64,000 nt of DNA, taken from IMG/VR virus record IMGVR_UViG_3300045988_176633. The stretch is one strand, 5' to 3'. Source of the stretch: a virus. Below the pieces are notes generated by a model that did no database searches, was not told the DNA's origin, and saw nothing but the letters and a program-made list of their open reading frames with translations. Shown one piece after another: positions 9,701 through 18,198 of this stretch. The position numbers and the translations under genes are program-made. Within the stretch, counting starts at the first letter, position 1, and each line of letters starts with the position of its first letter.

Positions 9701-10103
9701 CTGTGTGTACCTTTTGAACGGAATAACCAGTACCTTCTCCACTTAACAAAGACTCCATACACTCTTCAAAGAAAGCAACCCTATTTAAATAGGAAGACGT
9801 GCAATTGTATAATCTCAGATGATTTTTTAGAAGTTGTTCACCTCCATATTGAAGAGCTCTTTGAGAACCAAGTATCAATCTGTTTTCATATGCTGACCAA
9901 GCAGTATTGAATACTTTCAAAAAAGCCTCTCTTTTTTCTTCTGTAATCTTATTTTCAAAGAAAGACCAATGCATTTGCATAACTCTAGAAATAGACTCCT
10001 CCCAAGATTCTTTAGTACCATCCTCTTTTACACGAGAATATTTACTATAAAAGATGTAATCACTGATTATATTGCGACTATCAACTCGTTCTTCTTCTAA
10101 CAT
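6792..10103 (-). CDS. nrdJ: class II (adenosylcobalamin-dependent) ribonucleotide reductase, intein-containing precursor
   Basis: N-terminal YSKYSR...ESWEE...RV. Thiyl-radical loop NPC|..|CEV is split by the intein. Also has TVIKPSGNASQL and a C-terminal CMGGKC redox pair. Length is 773 aa once the 330-aa intein is removed. Confidence 0.8.
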   Translation of the reverse strand: MLEEERVDSRNIISDYIFYSKYSRVKEDGTKESWEESISRVMQMHWSFFENKITEEKREAFLKVFNTAWSAYENRLILGSQRALQYGGEQLLKNHLRLYNCTSSYLNRVAFFEECMESLLSGEGTGYSVQKVHTEQLPVMKGVDSSKKVVFEIPDSIEGWARSVGMLIEHYYYNLPVIEFDYSQIRPEGSFISGGFKAPGPEPLKVCHSKIKAILDKVNNRKLRPFELHYITCIIADAVISGGIRRSAMIALFDIDDIEMLSCKTGNWFQMYPELCRCNNSAVIFEDTPKEEYLKIMKYVKEYGEPGIIFLSHPDQVLNPCCFSGDTLVAVADGRNAVSIKELSEEDEPFPLFYKSKSGKIKITNGIAFSRGFKKTIKVILSNGSSFECTEDHNLLTKDGRWVEAKDSLGLTLSKFFTTKSVKYRTINSFSDGHARQYRMLWEFLNGQKPEGYEIDHIDDDGGDFIDNLQLLSREDHLNKTSERRKGINNPNQIEKLTEEERVRRKLNSSINGTLEKNNNFKGLSNKDLIEIGKKVLSSGLLLTRKNCIELDSRFPLNFSKNRFDGSWSKFKKIVLGIEEYQEHIDHREIVEKSIEDKSYLKDDVSVIDIISLTEEKEVFDISVEAPEHNFIIITKGEENYLYSEGVVVHNCEVSMIPKYENEDGSIEYGWGYCNLCEINGARIKTEEEFYKACEAAAILGTFQAAYTDFPVLTNTSKKIAERDALIGVGITGMADNPTILFNETIQRNGAEIVKKTNQLVADIIGINPAARTTVIKPSGNASQLLGCGSGIHAYHFRKYIRNIQANNNEQALQEIQKVHPEIISKSFWNPKNESVISFPVELDENTMVRVDFSTIDFLKRIYSTKMNWIENGTNWDHPSTKKNPKIRMNVSCTVSVKDDEWEKVADWIWDHKKGFCGLSFLPESGDLDYPQAPYTSYLNEKELAETYGQGAILSSGLIVDGLQVFGDIWTACNAAQGRADNLLVFSDEYLLAFIKKHLENGKLLVNIDGIHISDVNTISSYLQHKVDMRKDWVRRFKKFAINYFNGNEQLCANCLKHVNIFHTWQKIKNKESIEWQSIRWEHEIRDAGSDVATACMGGKCSI
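8151..9140 (-). mobile_element. HNH-endonuclease-type intein (330 aa) in the NrdJ active-site loop
   Basis: Starts CFSGDTLVAV (block A) and ends VVVHN followed by +1 Cys. Internal HNH motif is EIDHIDDDGGDFIDNLQLLSREDHLNK. Boundaries were checked codon by codon. Confidence 0.85.
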
Positions 10104-10107
10104 AAAA

Positions 10108-10446
10108 CTAATCTTTTGGTAAAATTAAACATATCGGCACAGCAGGCCAAGATAACACAAGTGCTAAATTGTCTTTCTGTGCTAAATTATATCTATCAAT
10201 AATAGCATTAAAGATACTTCTTTTTATGTATAATTCCATAGGCTTAGGTTTGTAATTCTTATCTTTTTGAAGAGATAATTTTTGAATCTGCATATATATT
10301 GAAAGAGCTTCTTCACAAGGAAGAATAGGTTCTAATTCTTCGATCTTATTAGCATTTAAAAGAGTAACCCTAACTTGTTTATATTCTACCCCAAGAAATT
10401 TCTCCTTGGGGATTGGAATATATAATTTTGCTTTCTTCTGTTTCAT
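10108..10446 (-). CDS. hypothetical protein (112 aa)
   Basis: ATG ORF. No motif. Confidence 0.45.
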   Translation of the reverse strand: MKQKKAKLYIPIPKEKFLGVEYKQVRVTLLNANKIEELEPILPCEEALSIYMQIQKLSLQKDKNYKPKPMELYIKRSIFNAIIDRYNLAQKDNLALVLSWPAVPICLILPKD

Positions 10447-10455
10447 AAATCTATA

Positions 10456-11091
10456 TTAAAAAGAACGGAATAAAACATGAAGTAAAACACATGGACCTTC
10501 AAGTTTAAATAATCTACCATCTATTGTTGAATAAAGAAGATTATTTAAACTAATAATTAATTGACCTTTCTTAATTATCATTCGTTTACCTGTACGAAAA
10601 TCTCTTGCCTCACAATTTCGTGATATTATATAACCACGACAATCAATTTCGTTTTTATTCTTTTTCATATTTATAATTTGATTTATTTTATTGTTGTACA
10701 ATTCGTTATACTCTTCTCTTGTCAACTGACGTGCATTATCTGGCATTATATCTTTAAAAACATCCGGAATATCACCTTGGTGCCAACAATTGTTAGACGT
10801 AAGAAGTATCTTTTTATTTCCTTCTGTTTTCTCAAAATACAACCGTCTACCTCCACAACCCAAACCCCAACCAGTACCAACTTTTTTCACTTCTTCTCCT
10901 AATATCCAACTAGAACCGTCTACTCGAATCCATCGAGGATTATCTTTATTTTCATTGTAAAGATTTTGCCAAAAAGAACAATAATAACACCAATCATTCT
11001 TTTCCATTATATCACGAATAGGACAATTCACGTATTTAGTAGGATCTACGTTCTCTTCGCTTCCACATTTTAAGCAAACTTTCTTTTCCAT
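10456..11091 (-). CDS. hypothetical protein with an N-terminal Cys cluster
   Basis: CLKCGS...C....CYYC looks like a zinc ribbon. Family not recognised. Confidence 0.5.
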   Translation of the reverse strand: MEKKVCLKCGSEENVDPTKYVNCPIRDIMEKNDWCYYCSFWQNLYNENKDNPRWIRVDGSSWILGEEVKKVGTGWGLGCGGRRLYFEKTEGNKKILLTSNNCWHQGDIPDVFKDIMPDNARQLTREEYNELYNNKINQIINMKKNKNEIDCRGYIISRNCEARDFRTGKRMIIKKGQLIISLNNLLYSTIDGRLFKLEGPCVLLHVLFRSF

Positions 11092-11103
11092 AACTTTATT
11101 CGT

Positions 11104-12570
11104 TTATATATAACAATATATTAGTTCTTTTCTTGCTCTTGTTATAGCGACAAATCGTAAACATCTTTCTGCATATAATGCTCTTTCTGTTTTAGCATGT
11201 TCACTTGGAATAAGGTCTTGATTTAAGAAAAATACACGATCTGCTTCCAAGCCTTTACTTTTGTGACAAGTACAAAGAACAATACCTTTGACATCTTCTA
11301 CAAAGATTTCGTTTACAGTTGATTTTAACTCTTCTATACTACCTAGAAAACGATTATAGAGTATATGTAAGATCTTACACTTCTCTTCTAAAGCTATGTA
11401 GCTAGGGTTATTCACTGCTGCTGCCCTAGTTATACCTTTTTCCATTAACTTTTTGAGTTTCTCATCTAAAAGATCGTCAAGTTCAGTAATGTTTGTTATT
11501 TTCCCTAAAAGAGACTGAAGAGCTTCTCCTAAATCCTTACCTTTGATCGTAGCTTTCTTTTTTGCTTCTAAAAATTTCAAGAAGGCTTCAACAAGAGGGA
11601 TATTGTTTCTACATAGAACAAAATCACCACTTTCTGCTTCTAGTAGTTTACCTTCTCTTACGACACCATCAATAGCATTTGGTGAAAATTGTATGTCGTT
11701 AGGAAAGACTTTTTGAGCCTCTTTGACAATATTCTTAGCACATCTATATGTGACACTTAATGGTAAGGTTGTCGTATTAGGAAGGTTTTGAAAATAACTG
11801 AAATTATCTACACTTGCTCCTTGAAAAGCATAGATTGCTTGAGAAAAGTCACCTACTATCATAAAACGACCTCTTGGTTTTAAGAGTCTCAATGCAAATT
11901 CTCTTTGTAAGACGTTCAAATCTTGACCTTCATCAAGAAATAACACGTCATATTTTGGTAGATTTAAAGGGTCTATTAATTTGTAGACGAGATATAACAT
12001 ATCAGTGAAATCTAAGACAAACTCTCCACCAGAAGAAATTTTCCTAGCATTTTTCATCCATTCCTTTTCAATATCAATAATATCTTGAATCATTCTTTCT
12101 TTAAATTCAATCTCTTTCTCTAAACAAATCATAGGAATAGAAGATTCGTAATCGTCAAATAAATTAACCCTTATTTGATTCCAAATCTCTTGGAGATCAA
12201 ATAAATATTTTTGACGTTGATTTGCTGGGATCTCATTTTCAATCTTCAAGATCTTTATTCCAATACCAAAAGTCTTGTTTTCACTTATTTTTGGTTTAAA
12301 ATTGAAATTTTTTAATAAGATCTTGAAACCTTTACTGTGAAAAGTAGATGTTTCAAAATGTTCTGGCACTTTAGCCTTTAATTCTTCAGCAATACTCTTG
12401 TTAAATGCCATAAAGATGGATCTTCTCATTGGAGAAGTCCTTTTAGCACATTCAACCATCACTGTCGTCTTACTTCCTCCTGCAGTCGCCTTAACAAATA
12501 TATTTGACCTAGAATTCTCATAAGTATCAAATATATTCTTTTGCAACTCACTCCATTCTTTTCTTACCAT
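11104..12570 (-). CDS. UvrD/PcrA-like superfamily 1 DNA helicase
   Basis: Walker A ATAGGSKTT, motif II FLDEGQD, TYRC, motif VI TCHKSKGLEADRVF, and VAITRARKEL. Confidence 0.85.
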   Translation of the reverse strand: MVRKEWSELQKNIFDTYENSRSNIFVKATAGGSKTTVMVECAKRTSPMRRSIFMAFNKSIAEELKAKVPEHFETSTFHSKGFKILLKNFNFKPKISENKTFGIGIKILKIENEIPANQRQKYLFDLQEIWNQIRVNLFDDYESSIPMICLEKEIEFKERMIQDIIDIEKEWMKNARKISSGGEFVLDFTDMLYLVYKLIDPLNLPKYDVLFLDEGQDLNVLQREFALRLLKPRGRFMIVGDFSQAIYAFQGASVDNFSYFQNLPNTTTLPLSVTYRCAKNIVKEAQKVFPNDIQFSPNAIDGVVREGKLLEAESGDFVLCRNNIPLVEAFLKFLEAKKKATIKGKDLGEALQSLLGKITNITELDDLLDEKLKKLMEKGITRAAAVNNPSYIALEEKCKILHILYNRFLGSIEELKSTVNEIFVEDVKGIVLCTCHKSKGLEADRVFFLNQDLIPSEHAKTERALYAERCLRFVAITRARKELIYCYI

Positions 12571-12815
12571 ATTTTACGAATTTATAAAGTTTTCCACAAA
12601 TAAATTGATCCACGTGCTTTATCCCAGATAAAAGCATGAGATCCATCTTTTTTATCTAAAAGATCAAACCAATCCATTGCCTCACTTAAAGTTTTTGCTT
12701 CTATAATGTTTCTAGGATATTGATTTAAAAAAGTCTGTACATATTATTTAACGCAACAGATCCTGAATGAAGACTAAAACTTGGTAAGTTACAAACCAAC
12801 CAACCAACTATATAT

Positions 12816-13304
12816 CTATACTGTCCCATATTTATCTTCTTTAAACACTTTAAATCCTTTATAATCTGAAAGAATATCGGCAACGTGGTTACCATATACA
12901 ATAGGATCGTTGATATCCTTTTGATGTCCTCTGATCCATTTGAAGCGAATAGCAAGATGTTTATGTTCACTTAATTCTTTGGAAAAGTCTTGCCATAGAT
13001 CCAAATTCGAACAATTCGAAAATTCACCAGTCTCCCAATCAAAAATATAATTTTTGATAAAATTGACTACATTTTCTCGATCTATATAAAAAGTAGCATT
13101 ACATCTGACATTTTTCTTGATTGCTCTTAATGCCATTAAAATAGCATATATTTCTCTTCTTTCGATTGTTGTATTAGAATAACCCCAATCTTCCCTTAGG
13201 AAGTATTCTTTGTCTTTAAACTTAATATAAGCTCCACTTCCACCTTGTCTTGTTTTCCAATAACAAGACCCATCTGTCCATATTTCAAGTTTATATCTTT
13301 CCAT
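12816..13304 (-). CDS. rnhA: ribonuclease HI
   Basis: EIWTDGSC, GGSGAY, ERREIYAILMAL and WIRGHQ...GNHVAD. The track start at 13319 is a GTG; the ATG at 13304 (MERYKLEIWTDGS) fits the family N-terminus. Confidence 0.85.
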   Translation of the reverse strand: MERYKLEIWTDGSCYWKTRQGGSGAYIKFKDKEYFLREDWGYSNTTIERREIYAILMALRAIKKNVRCNATFYIDRENVVNFIKNYIFDWETGEFSNCSNLDLWQDFSKELSEHKHLAIRFKWIRGHQKDINDPIVYGNHVADILSDYKGFKVFKEDKYGTV

Positions 13305-13325
13305 AATTATTTTTAACACTTATAA

Positions 13326-13344
13326 AGATACAACGTTTGTATCT
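13326..13344 (-). promoter_or_regulatory. palindromic intergenic motif, copy 2
   Basis: agatacaa-cgt-ttgtatct. The - strand GTATCTTTA ends 18 nt before the rnhA ATG. Confidence 0.5.
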
Positions 13345-13353
13345 ATTATCCAA

Positions 13354-15021
13354 CTATCTGGGACGATAACTATTGATCAAAGCAAGTGAAAAATCATCTT
13401 CTATCCCCCTATTTACTATATCTGTTACACTTTTCTTCTCCTTCAAAAATTCCCATGATTTTTCATCTATTGTTTCTCTACTTAACAGGTAATAAATATT
13501 TATAGATGATCTTTGACCATCTCTTTCCAACCTGCTCACAGCTTGACTAAGATCAGTGGATTTATTAGGAAGTTCGATTATCATTGCATTGGAGCAAACT
13601 TCTTGTAATCCATCCACTCCTGTTCCAATACACTGGATATTAGCAAATAAAATCTGAATCTTTGGATCGGTCTTAAAACTTTCTAAAATTTCATCTCTTT
13701 TCTTTGACAATGTTTCACCTGTAATTAATCGACTGTTAGAAAACTTCTTATGTAATTCTTTTAATGGTTCTTTCAAACAGCCAAAAACAACGACTTTTTC
13801 ATCTTCATTACTCTCACACCAATCTTTAATAAAAGAAATTATATCTTTCGTTTTCCCTTCTATTGATAATTTCTTTAATAAATTTAATTTTACCAAATGC
13901 TCTGCTCTAAGAGCAGCATCTACTTTCTCTTCATCGGCTAAAGATAAAAATTCTATTAAATCTTTTTCAGCTTCTCTATATATCTTTTTATTGTTGATAT
14001 TACATTCTATCAACTCGTCATTAATAGGAGGTAATTCAAGTAAAACATCTCTTTTTTCTTTTCTGAAATAACAATAATGAGTTAATATATCATTGAGTTC
14101 TTTCATATTACAAGCGTCTTTAGTATTCCAACCAAATTGGGTGTATTTTGCATTACAATATCTAAGACGGTAATAATTTTCATCAGGAAAAATTTCCTTG
14201 AAACGATCGATTACTTTCAATATATTGATAAGTTCTTCAGGTCTATTCAATATCAATGTACCACTTAATCCAAGTATTGTAGGGATGTGTTTCGCTATCT
14301 TCACAAAAGCCTTACTTCTTAAAGCCTTATCATTCTTTAAAAAATGAATCTCATCACCTACCATCAATTGAAACTTGATCTTTAAAAGTTCTTGAAATTT
14401 GATCTTTAAATCACCTGTTTCTTTATCTTTATTACCAAGTATATCGTAATTAATAACATACACATCAGAATCAATATCTATTTCTTTATTAGTGCTATTA
14501 ATAATAGTTACCTTCCGGTTTGGATTACATCTAGACCATTCTCTCTTCCAACCACTTTTCACGCTAGAAGGGCATACGATCAAAGCAGGAAACGTATCAA
14601 GAAATTCGCAATAACAAATAGTGATAGTTGTTTTCCCTGTTCCACAATCTGACCCATTAATACAGTTGCCATGATTCATCATATAATACAAAGCGTCAAT
14701 TTGATAGTTCCTTGGTACTCTCTTCAACTGTAATTCAGGTAACAAATCTTCTATATCCCTTTTAGAAATTACTTCGTCAATAGGTTTCTTTTTAATCTCA
14801 CATTCTCTTTCTAAAGTAAATCCATTGACTTCTTCAAATCCATATTTTTTCAAAAAAGTCATTACAAGAGTTAGATTGATAAGATCAACCTCCAAATACC
14901 ACTCTTTATTAGCTGTATTATATTTAGCTTTCAACTCTTTTCTCATAATATCAACTAGGGTTCGATTGTAGTCGAACCCTATATAATAATATCCCTTACT
15001 CTTGTAATAGTATCTTTTCAT
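13354..15021 (-). CDS. SNF2-family helicase/translocase
   Basis: DCGTGKTT, DEIHFLKN, LSGTLILNRPEEL and QAVSRLERDGQ. Confidence 0.85.
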   Translation of the reverse strand: MKRYYYKSKGYYYIGFDYNRTLVDIMRKELKAKYNTANKEWYLEVDLINLTLVMTFLKKYGFEEVNGFTLERECEIKKKPIDEVISKRDIEDLLPELQLKRVPRNYQIDALYYMMNHGNCINGSDCGTGKTTITICYCEFLDTFPALIVCPSSVKSGWKREWSRCNPNRKVTIINSTNKEIDIDSDVYVINYDILGNKDKETGDLKIKFQELLKIKFQLMVGDEIHFLKNDKALRSKAFVKIAKHIPTILGLSGTLILNRPEELINILKVIDRFKEIFPDENYYRLRYCNAKYTQFGWNTKDACNMKELNDILTHYCYFRKEKRDVLLELPPINDELIECNINNKKIYREAEKDLIEFLSLADEEKVDAALRAEHLVKLNLLKKLSIEGKTKDIISFIKDWCESNEDEKVVVFGCLKEPLKELHKKFSNSRLITGETLSKKRDEILESFKTDPKIQILFANIQCIGTGVDGLQEVCSNAMIIELPNKSTDLSQAVSRLERDGQRSSINIYYLLSRETIDEKSWEFLKEKKSVTDIVNRGIEDDFSLALINSYRPR

Positions 15022-15026
15022 ATCTT

Positions 15027-15236
15027 TTATTTGAGGTATATAATAATATCCCTTACTTCTCGTTTTTTCTCATCGAAAATAAATTGACGACCAGTAACCT
15101 TTCTCAATCTACTTTTGCCGTTATTCTGAAATACGATCTCATCACCTACTGAAGGTATTAATAGATCTTCTTTTCTAACCAACGTTTTATTGATCTCTTC
15201 AATATTTTCAATGTCTTTATAAACTACTCCAATCAT
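15027..15236 (-). CDS. hypothetical protein (69 aa)
   Basis: ATG ORF. No motif. Confidence 0.4.
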   Translation of the reverse strand: MIGVVYKDIENIEEINKTLVRKEDLLIPSVGDEIVFQNNGKSRLRKVTGRQFIFDEKKREVRDIIIYLK

Positions 15237-15243
15237 AATCCAT

Positions 15244-17166
15244 TTATTTTAAATTATCCAACAAACCTTCAAAACCATCCTTTGTAAAGATAGGAATCTT
15301 TAATTCTTGAGCTCTCTGCATCTTAGATGATGTACCAGACAAATCTTTTACAACCAAATGAGTTGTATTGCCAGAAACTCCACTTGCTACTTTATGACCA
15401 AGATTAATCAATCTTTGCTCTAATTCTTTATCTCGGAAACCTGTGAAACATACATTCATTTGTTGATCAGCAGGAACGATTTTCACTAAACTCCTAAAAT
15501 AAGCTATATTGATAGAATCAGGTTCAAGATCCCTAAACACCTCTATCCCATTGTTGAAAACTTTAGCTGTTTTCTCTGCCACTCCTTTTATGCATAACAA
15601 ATGTTCGATAGGTACTGGCTCAAGATCCTTAACGCAATTCAAAGCTGTATCTGACATATTATCTAAGATCATTTGACATGTCTTTTCAGCCATCACCCCA
15701 TTGAAAACATTGTTAGCCGTCAATAACTTCGCAAAACCAACACCTTTGGTTTTATAACCATCAAACTGAGAACTTAATTTCTCAGCTAAAGAGATACCAA
15801 TACCTTCGATTTGTATCATTTCTTCTTTACTCAAAGAAAGGATAGATCGTTTCGTAGTATATCCTGCCTCATAAAACTTGGTGATCGTTGGTTCTCTGAA
15901 TTCTTCAGTACCAAGCACTGAAAAGAAAAAGACAAGTTCTGCAATTTTAGAAGCGTAACACGCTTCGTTTGTACAGATTAATTCTGTGAAAGTCTCATCC
16001 CATTTCAATTGCTTACCACAAGCTGGACAAACCATCATATCATCGCACATAATCTTAAAACTTTCACTATTGTATTTGATGGTTTTAAGGTGTTTAGGAA
16101 TCACATCACCACTTCTTGCTATAGTTACCATAGCACCTTTACAGATGTTGTTATCACAAATATATTTAGCGTTATGTCCAGTCGCACGACATACAGTAGC
16201 TCCACATAAATCAATAGGATCGACGATAATAACTGGCTTAGCCTTTTTATCCTTTGAAATTTTCCATTCTATATCAACGACTTTTGTATCAGCTCTTTCA
16301 GACCATTCTGGATTCTTATAAGCTATTGAATACCTAGGATTCATGTTAGGTAATCTACCTAATTCCTTTCTGACCTTAGCATCATTCAATTCAATGACCA
16401 AACCATCGCACTTATATTCTTGCGACATTTTCTCAAACATACGATCTAAAAGCTCTCGAACTTTTTCTTGAGGATTTAAAAAGTTAGCTCCCGCTAATAA
16501 ACACCAATTTGCTACTTTTTTAAAGTGATGTTCCAAATAAACAAACTGATCACTTTTATCCATCGTTTCATCGTCGAGACCATATCTTATATAACTCACA
16601 TTTCTCAAAAGAAGAGATGGTGTAGGAGAGTTGAATAAACCTGCGACACAATTTCGAGCTGATTTATAATCCCCTTTATTTCTTAAAAAGGATTCTTTAG
16701 AAAAAATAGCCTCACCAAATGTATAGCGAAAAGGCATCTTCTCTGAATCAACAATTTTTTCAACCATCAACTTTTTATGACCGTCACTTCGTTGACCTTC
16801 AACACCGTCACCACGAGTCCAAGCTGCACCAGTTTTCTCTTCACAACACAAAGAAATGCCATCATATTTAGGTGTGATGATAATTTCAGTTGTAGAAGTA
16901 ATCTTCCAAGTATTTTTCATGAATTCGATCAATTCATCGATTTTTTTGAATTTTTCAAGACTATACATTGGAATAGGAAGTCTCTCCATTCGATCAGATG
17001 ATTCAATCTCCTCAATGATCGCTTTTTTCAAGAGTTTATTTTCAGGATCTTTTGTTTTTAACTCTTCTACTAAAAGATCATACTCCTCATCGCTTATAAG
17101 AGGTTCTCCTCGTCTATAAGCATCGTTATACTCCTTTATTAATTGTACTAGTGTCGCTGTTTTCAT
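15244..17166 (-). CDS. ligA: NAD-dependent DNA ligase
   Basis: Adenylation motif KYDGISL, an OB-fold region, a Cys4 zinc finger (CPACGKQL...CTNEAC), HhH repeats and a C-terminal BRCT-like domain FTGFRDKELEQRL. Confidence 0.9.
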   Translation of the reverse strand: MKTATLVQLIKEYNDAYRRGEPLISDEEYDLLVEELKTKDPENKLLKKAIIEEIESSDRMERLPIPMYSLEKFKKIDELIEFMKNTWKITSTTEIIITPKYDGISLCCEEKTGAAWTRGDGVEGQRSDGHKKLMVEKIVDSEKMPFRYTFGEAIFSKESFLRNKGDYKSARNCVAGLFNSPTPSLLLRNVSYIRYGLDDETMDKSDQFVYLEHHFKKVANWCLLAGANFLNPQEKVRELLDRMFEKMSQEYKCDGLVIELNDAKVRKELGRLPNMNPRYSIAYKNPEWSERADTKVVDIEWKISKDKKAKPVIIVDPIDLCGATVCRATGHNAKYICDNNICKGAMVTIARSGDVIPKHLKTIKYNSESFKIMCDDMMVCPACGKQLKWDETFTELICTNEACYASKIAELVFFFSVLGTEEFREPTITKFYEAGYTTKRSILSLSKEEMIQIEGIGISLAEKLSSQFDGYKTKGVGFAKLLTANNVFNGVMAEKTCQMILDNMSDTALNCVKDLEPVPIEHLLCIKGVAEKTAKVFNNGIEVFRDLEPDSINIAYFRSLVKIVPADQQMNVCFTGFRDKELEQRLINLGHKVASGVSGNTTHLVVKDLSGTSSKMQRAQELKIPIFTKDGFEGLLDNLK

Positions 17167-17728
17167 TTCTATTAAATTTTGATAGTTCGGCTCTTAGATT
17201 TTCAATCTTATCACATTTCGTAATCGAAGTTTCTTTATCTTTGTAAAGTTCTAAAAAGACTTTATAAGCCTCTGGAAACTGCTCTTCTAATTGTTTAGAA
17301 GTATTGATATACTCTAAAGCACATTGACATTTATTCTTCAAGGTTCTTCTCTCTTTTTGGAGAGATTCGATTTTCTTCAAGAACTTACTTGCGCTTGAAA
17401 AATATTTATCTTGATGCAAAACATCTTTTAAATCAAATATTCCTTCGATATAATCAATTGTAAGATTTACAATTGCATAATCTACTAGCTTAACACCAAA
17501 ACCTCCGAAGAGACTAGAATCTCCAAGATAAAGAGATTTTTTAACTGAAAGAGCATGTGGATATAATATATGAAATTCCCAGACTTTTTGACCGATTTCT
17601 TGTTTTATAATTTCTGAGATAAAATCACCAAAAATTTTTAACTCCTCGCTTATTTCTTTCTGAATAGGCTTGAGAAGTCCTTTAACTATATCTTCTCTAT
17701 CAGAGTTATTTAATCTTATACTTTTCAT
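17126..17728 (-). CDS. hypothetical protein (200 aa)
   Basis: ATG ORF. Overlaps the ligA start by 41 nt. No motif. Confidence 0.45.
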   Translation of the reverse strand: MKSIRLNNSDREDIVKGLLKPIQKEISEELKIFGDFISEIIKQEIGQKVWEFHILYPHALSVKKSLYLGDSSLFGGFGVKLVDYAIVNLTIDYIEGIFDLKDVLHQDKYFSSASKFLKKIESLQKERRTLKNKCQCALEYINTSKQLEEQFPEAYKVFLELYKDKETSITKCDKIENLRAELSKFNRNENSDTSTINKGV

Positions 17729-18198
17729 TTTCGAATTGTTTTTATAAGAATGATTAATGCTAATGATAATCCAAATAAGAAACCAGCTCCTAAAGAACAG
17801 AAAATCAATCTCAACTTATTAGGAGCTGCTTTTACTTGTTCTTGAAGTTCAGAATTCTGTTTATTGACCTTCGTTAATTCTTCAGTTAATACTTGGATCT
17901 TCAATTCTAAACTATCACAAGATGCAGTTACAAGTAACGTCCCATCTTCTTGTTTCTCAACCGAGACAGTTGCTTGTCCTTTTTTCTCTTCTTTCTTCTC
18001 ACCTACATCTAACTTATCTGGAAGTACAACTAAAGGTACATATGATCCTGGTATTTTTATCAAACTATCTCCTGATGTTTTTTTCCAATACAAAGAATCA
18101 TTTAAAGTTACAGTGAGATTAGTATTCTTGGTAGGAGTACTTCTACAACCTACCAAGATACACATAAACACAAATACTATGCAAAACAGTTTCTTCAT
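17725..18198 (-). CDS. lipoprotein with a C-terminal transmembrane anchor (unimolecular-spanin-like topology)
   Basis: N-terminal signal plus lipobox MKKLFCIVFVFMCILVGC. Central coiled coil. C-terminal TM helix LIFCSLGAGFLFGLSLALIILI. Confidence 0.5.
   Translation of the reverse strand: MKKLFCIVFVFMCILVGCRSTPTKNTNLTVTLNDSLYWKKTSGDSLIKIPGSYVPLVVLPDKLDVGEKKEEKKGQATVSVEKQEDGTLLVTASCDSLELKIQVLTEELTKVNKQNSELQEQVKAAPNKLRLIFCSLGAGFLFGLSLALIILIKTIRK

Noticed and set aside
12725-12970. 81-aa ORF overlapping the 3' end of rnhA in another frame
   Set aside because: It overlaps a motif-supported gene for two thirds of its length and has a hydrophobic low-complexity translation.
15986-16321. + strand ORFs nested antisense in long - strand genes (for example 15986..16321, 16777..17119, 17864..18211, 20420..20653, 21221..21481, 22708..22971, 23601..23825, 24209..24589, 25229..25600, 47967..48335, 51342..51871, 58597..58950)
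   Set aside because: Each lies fully inside a - strand gene with strong family motifs. Their translations are Ser/Leu/Phe-rich low complexity typical of antisense AT-rich coding DNA.
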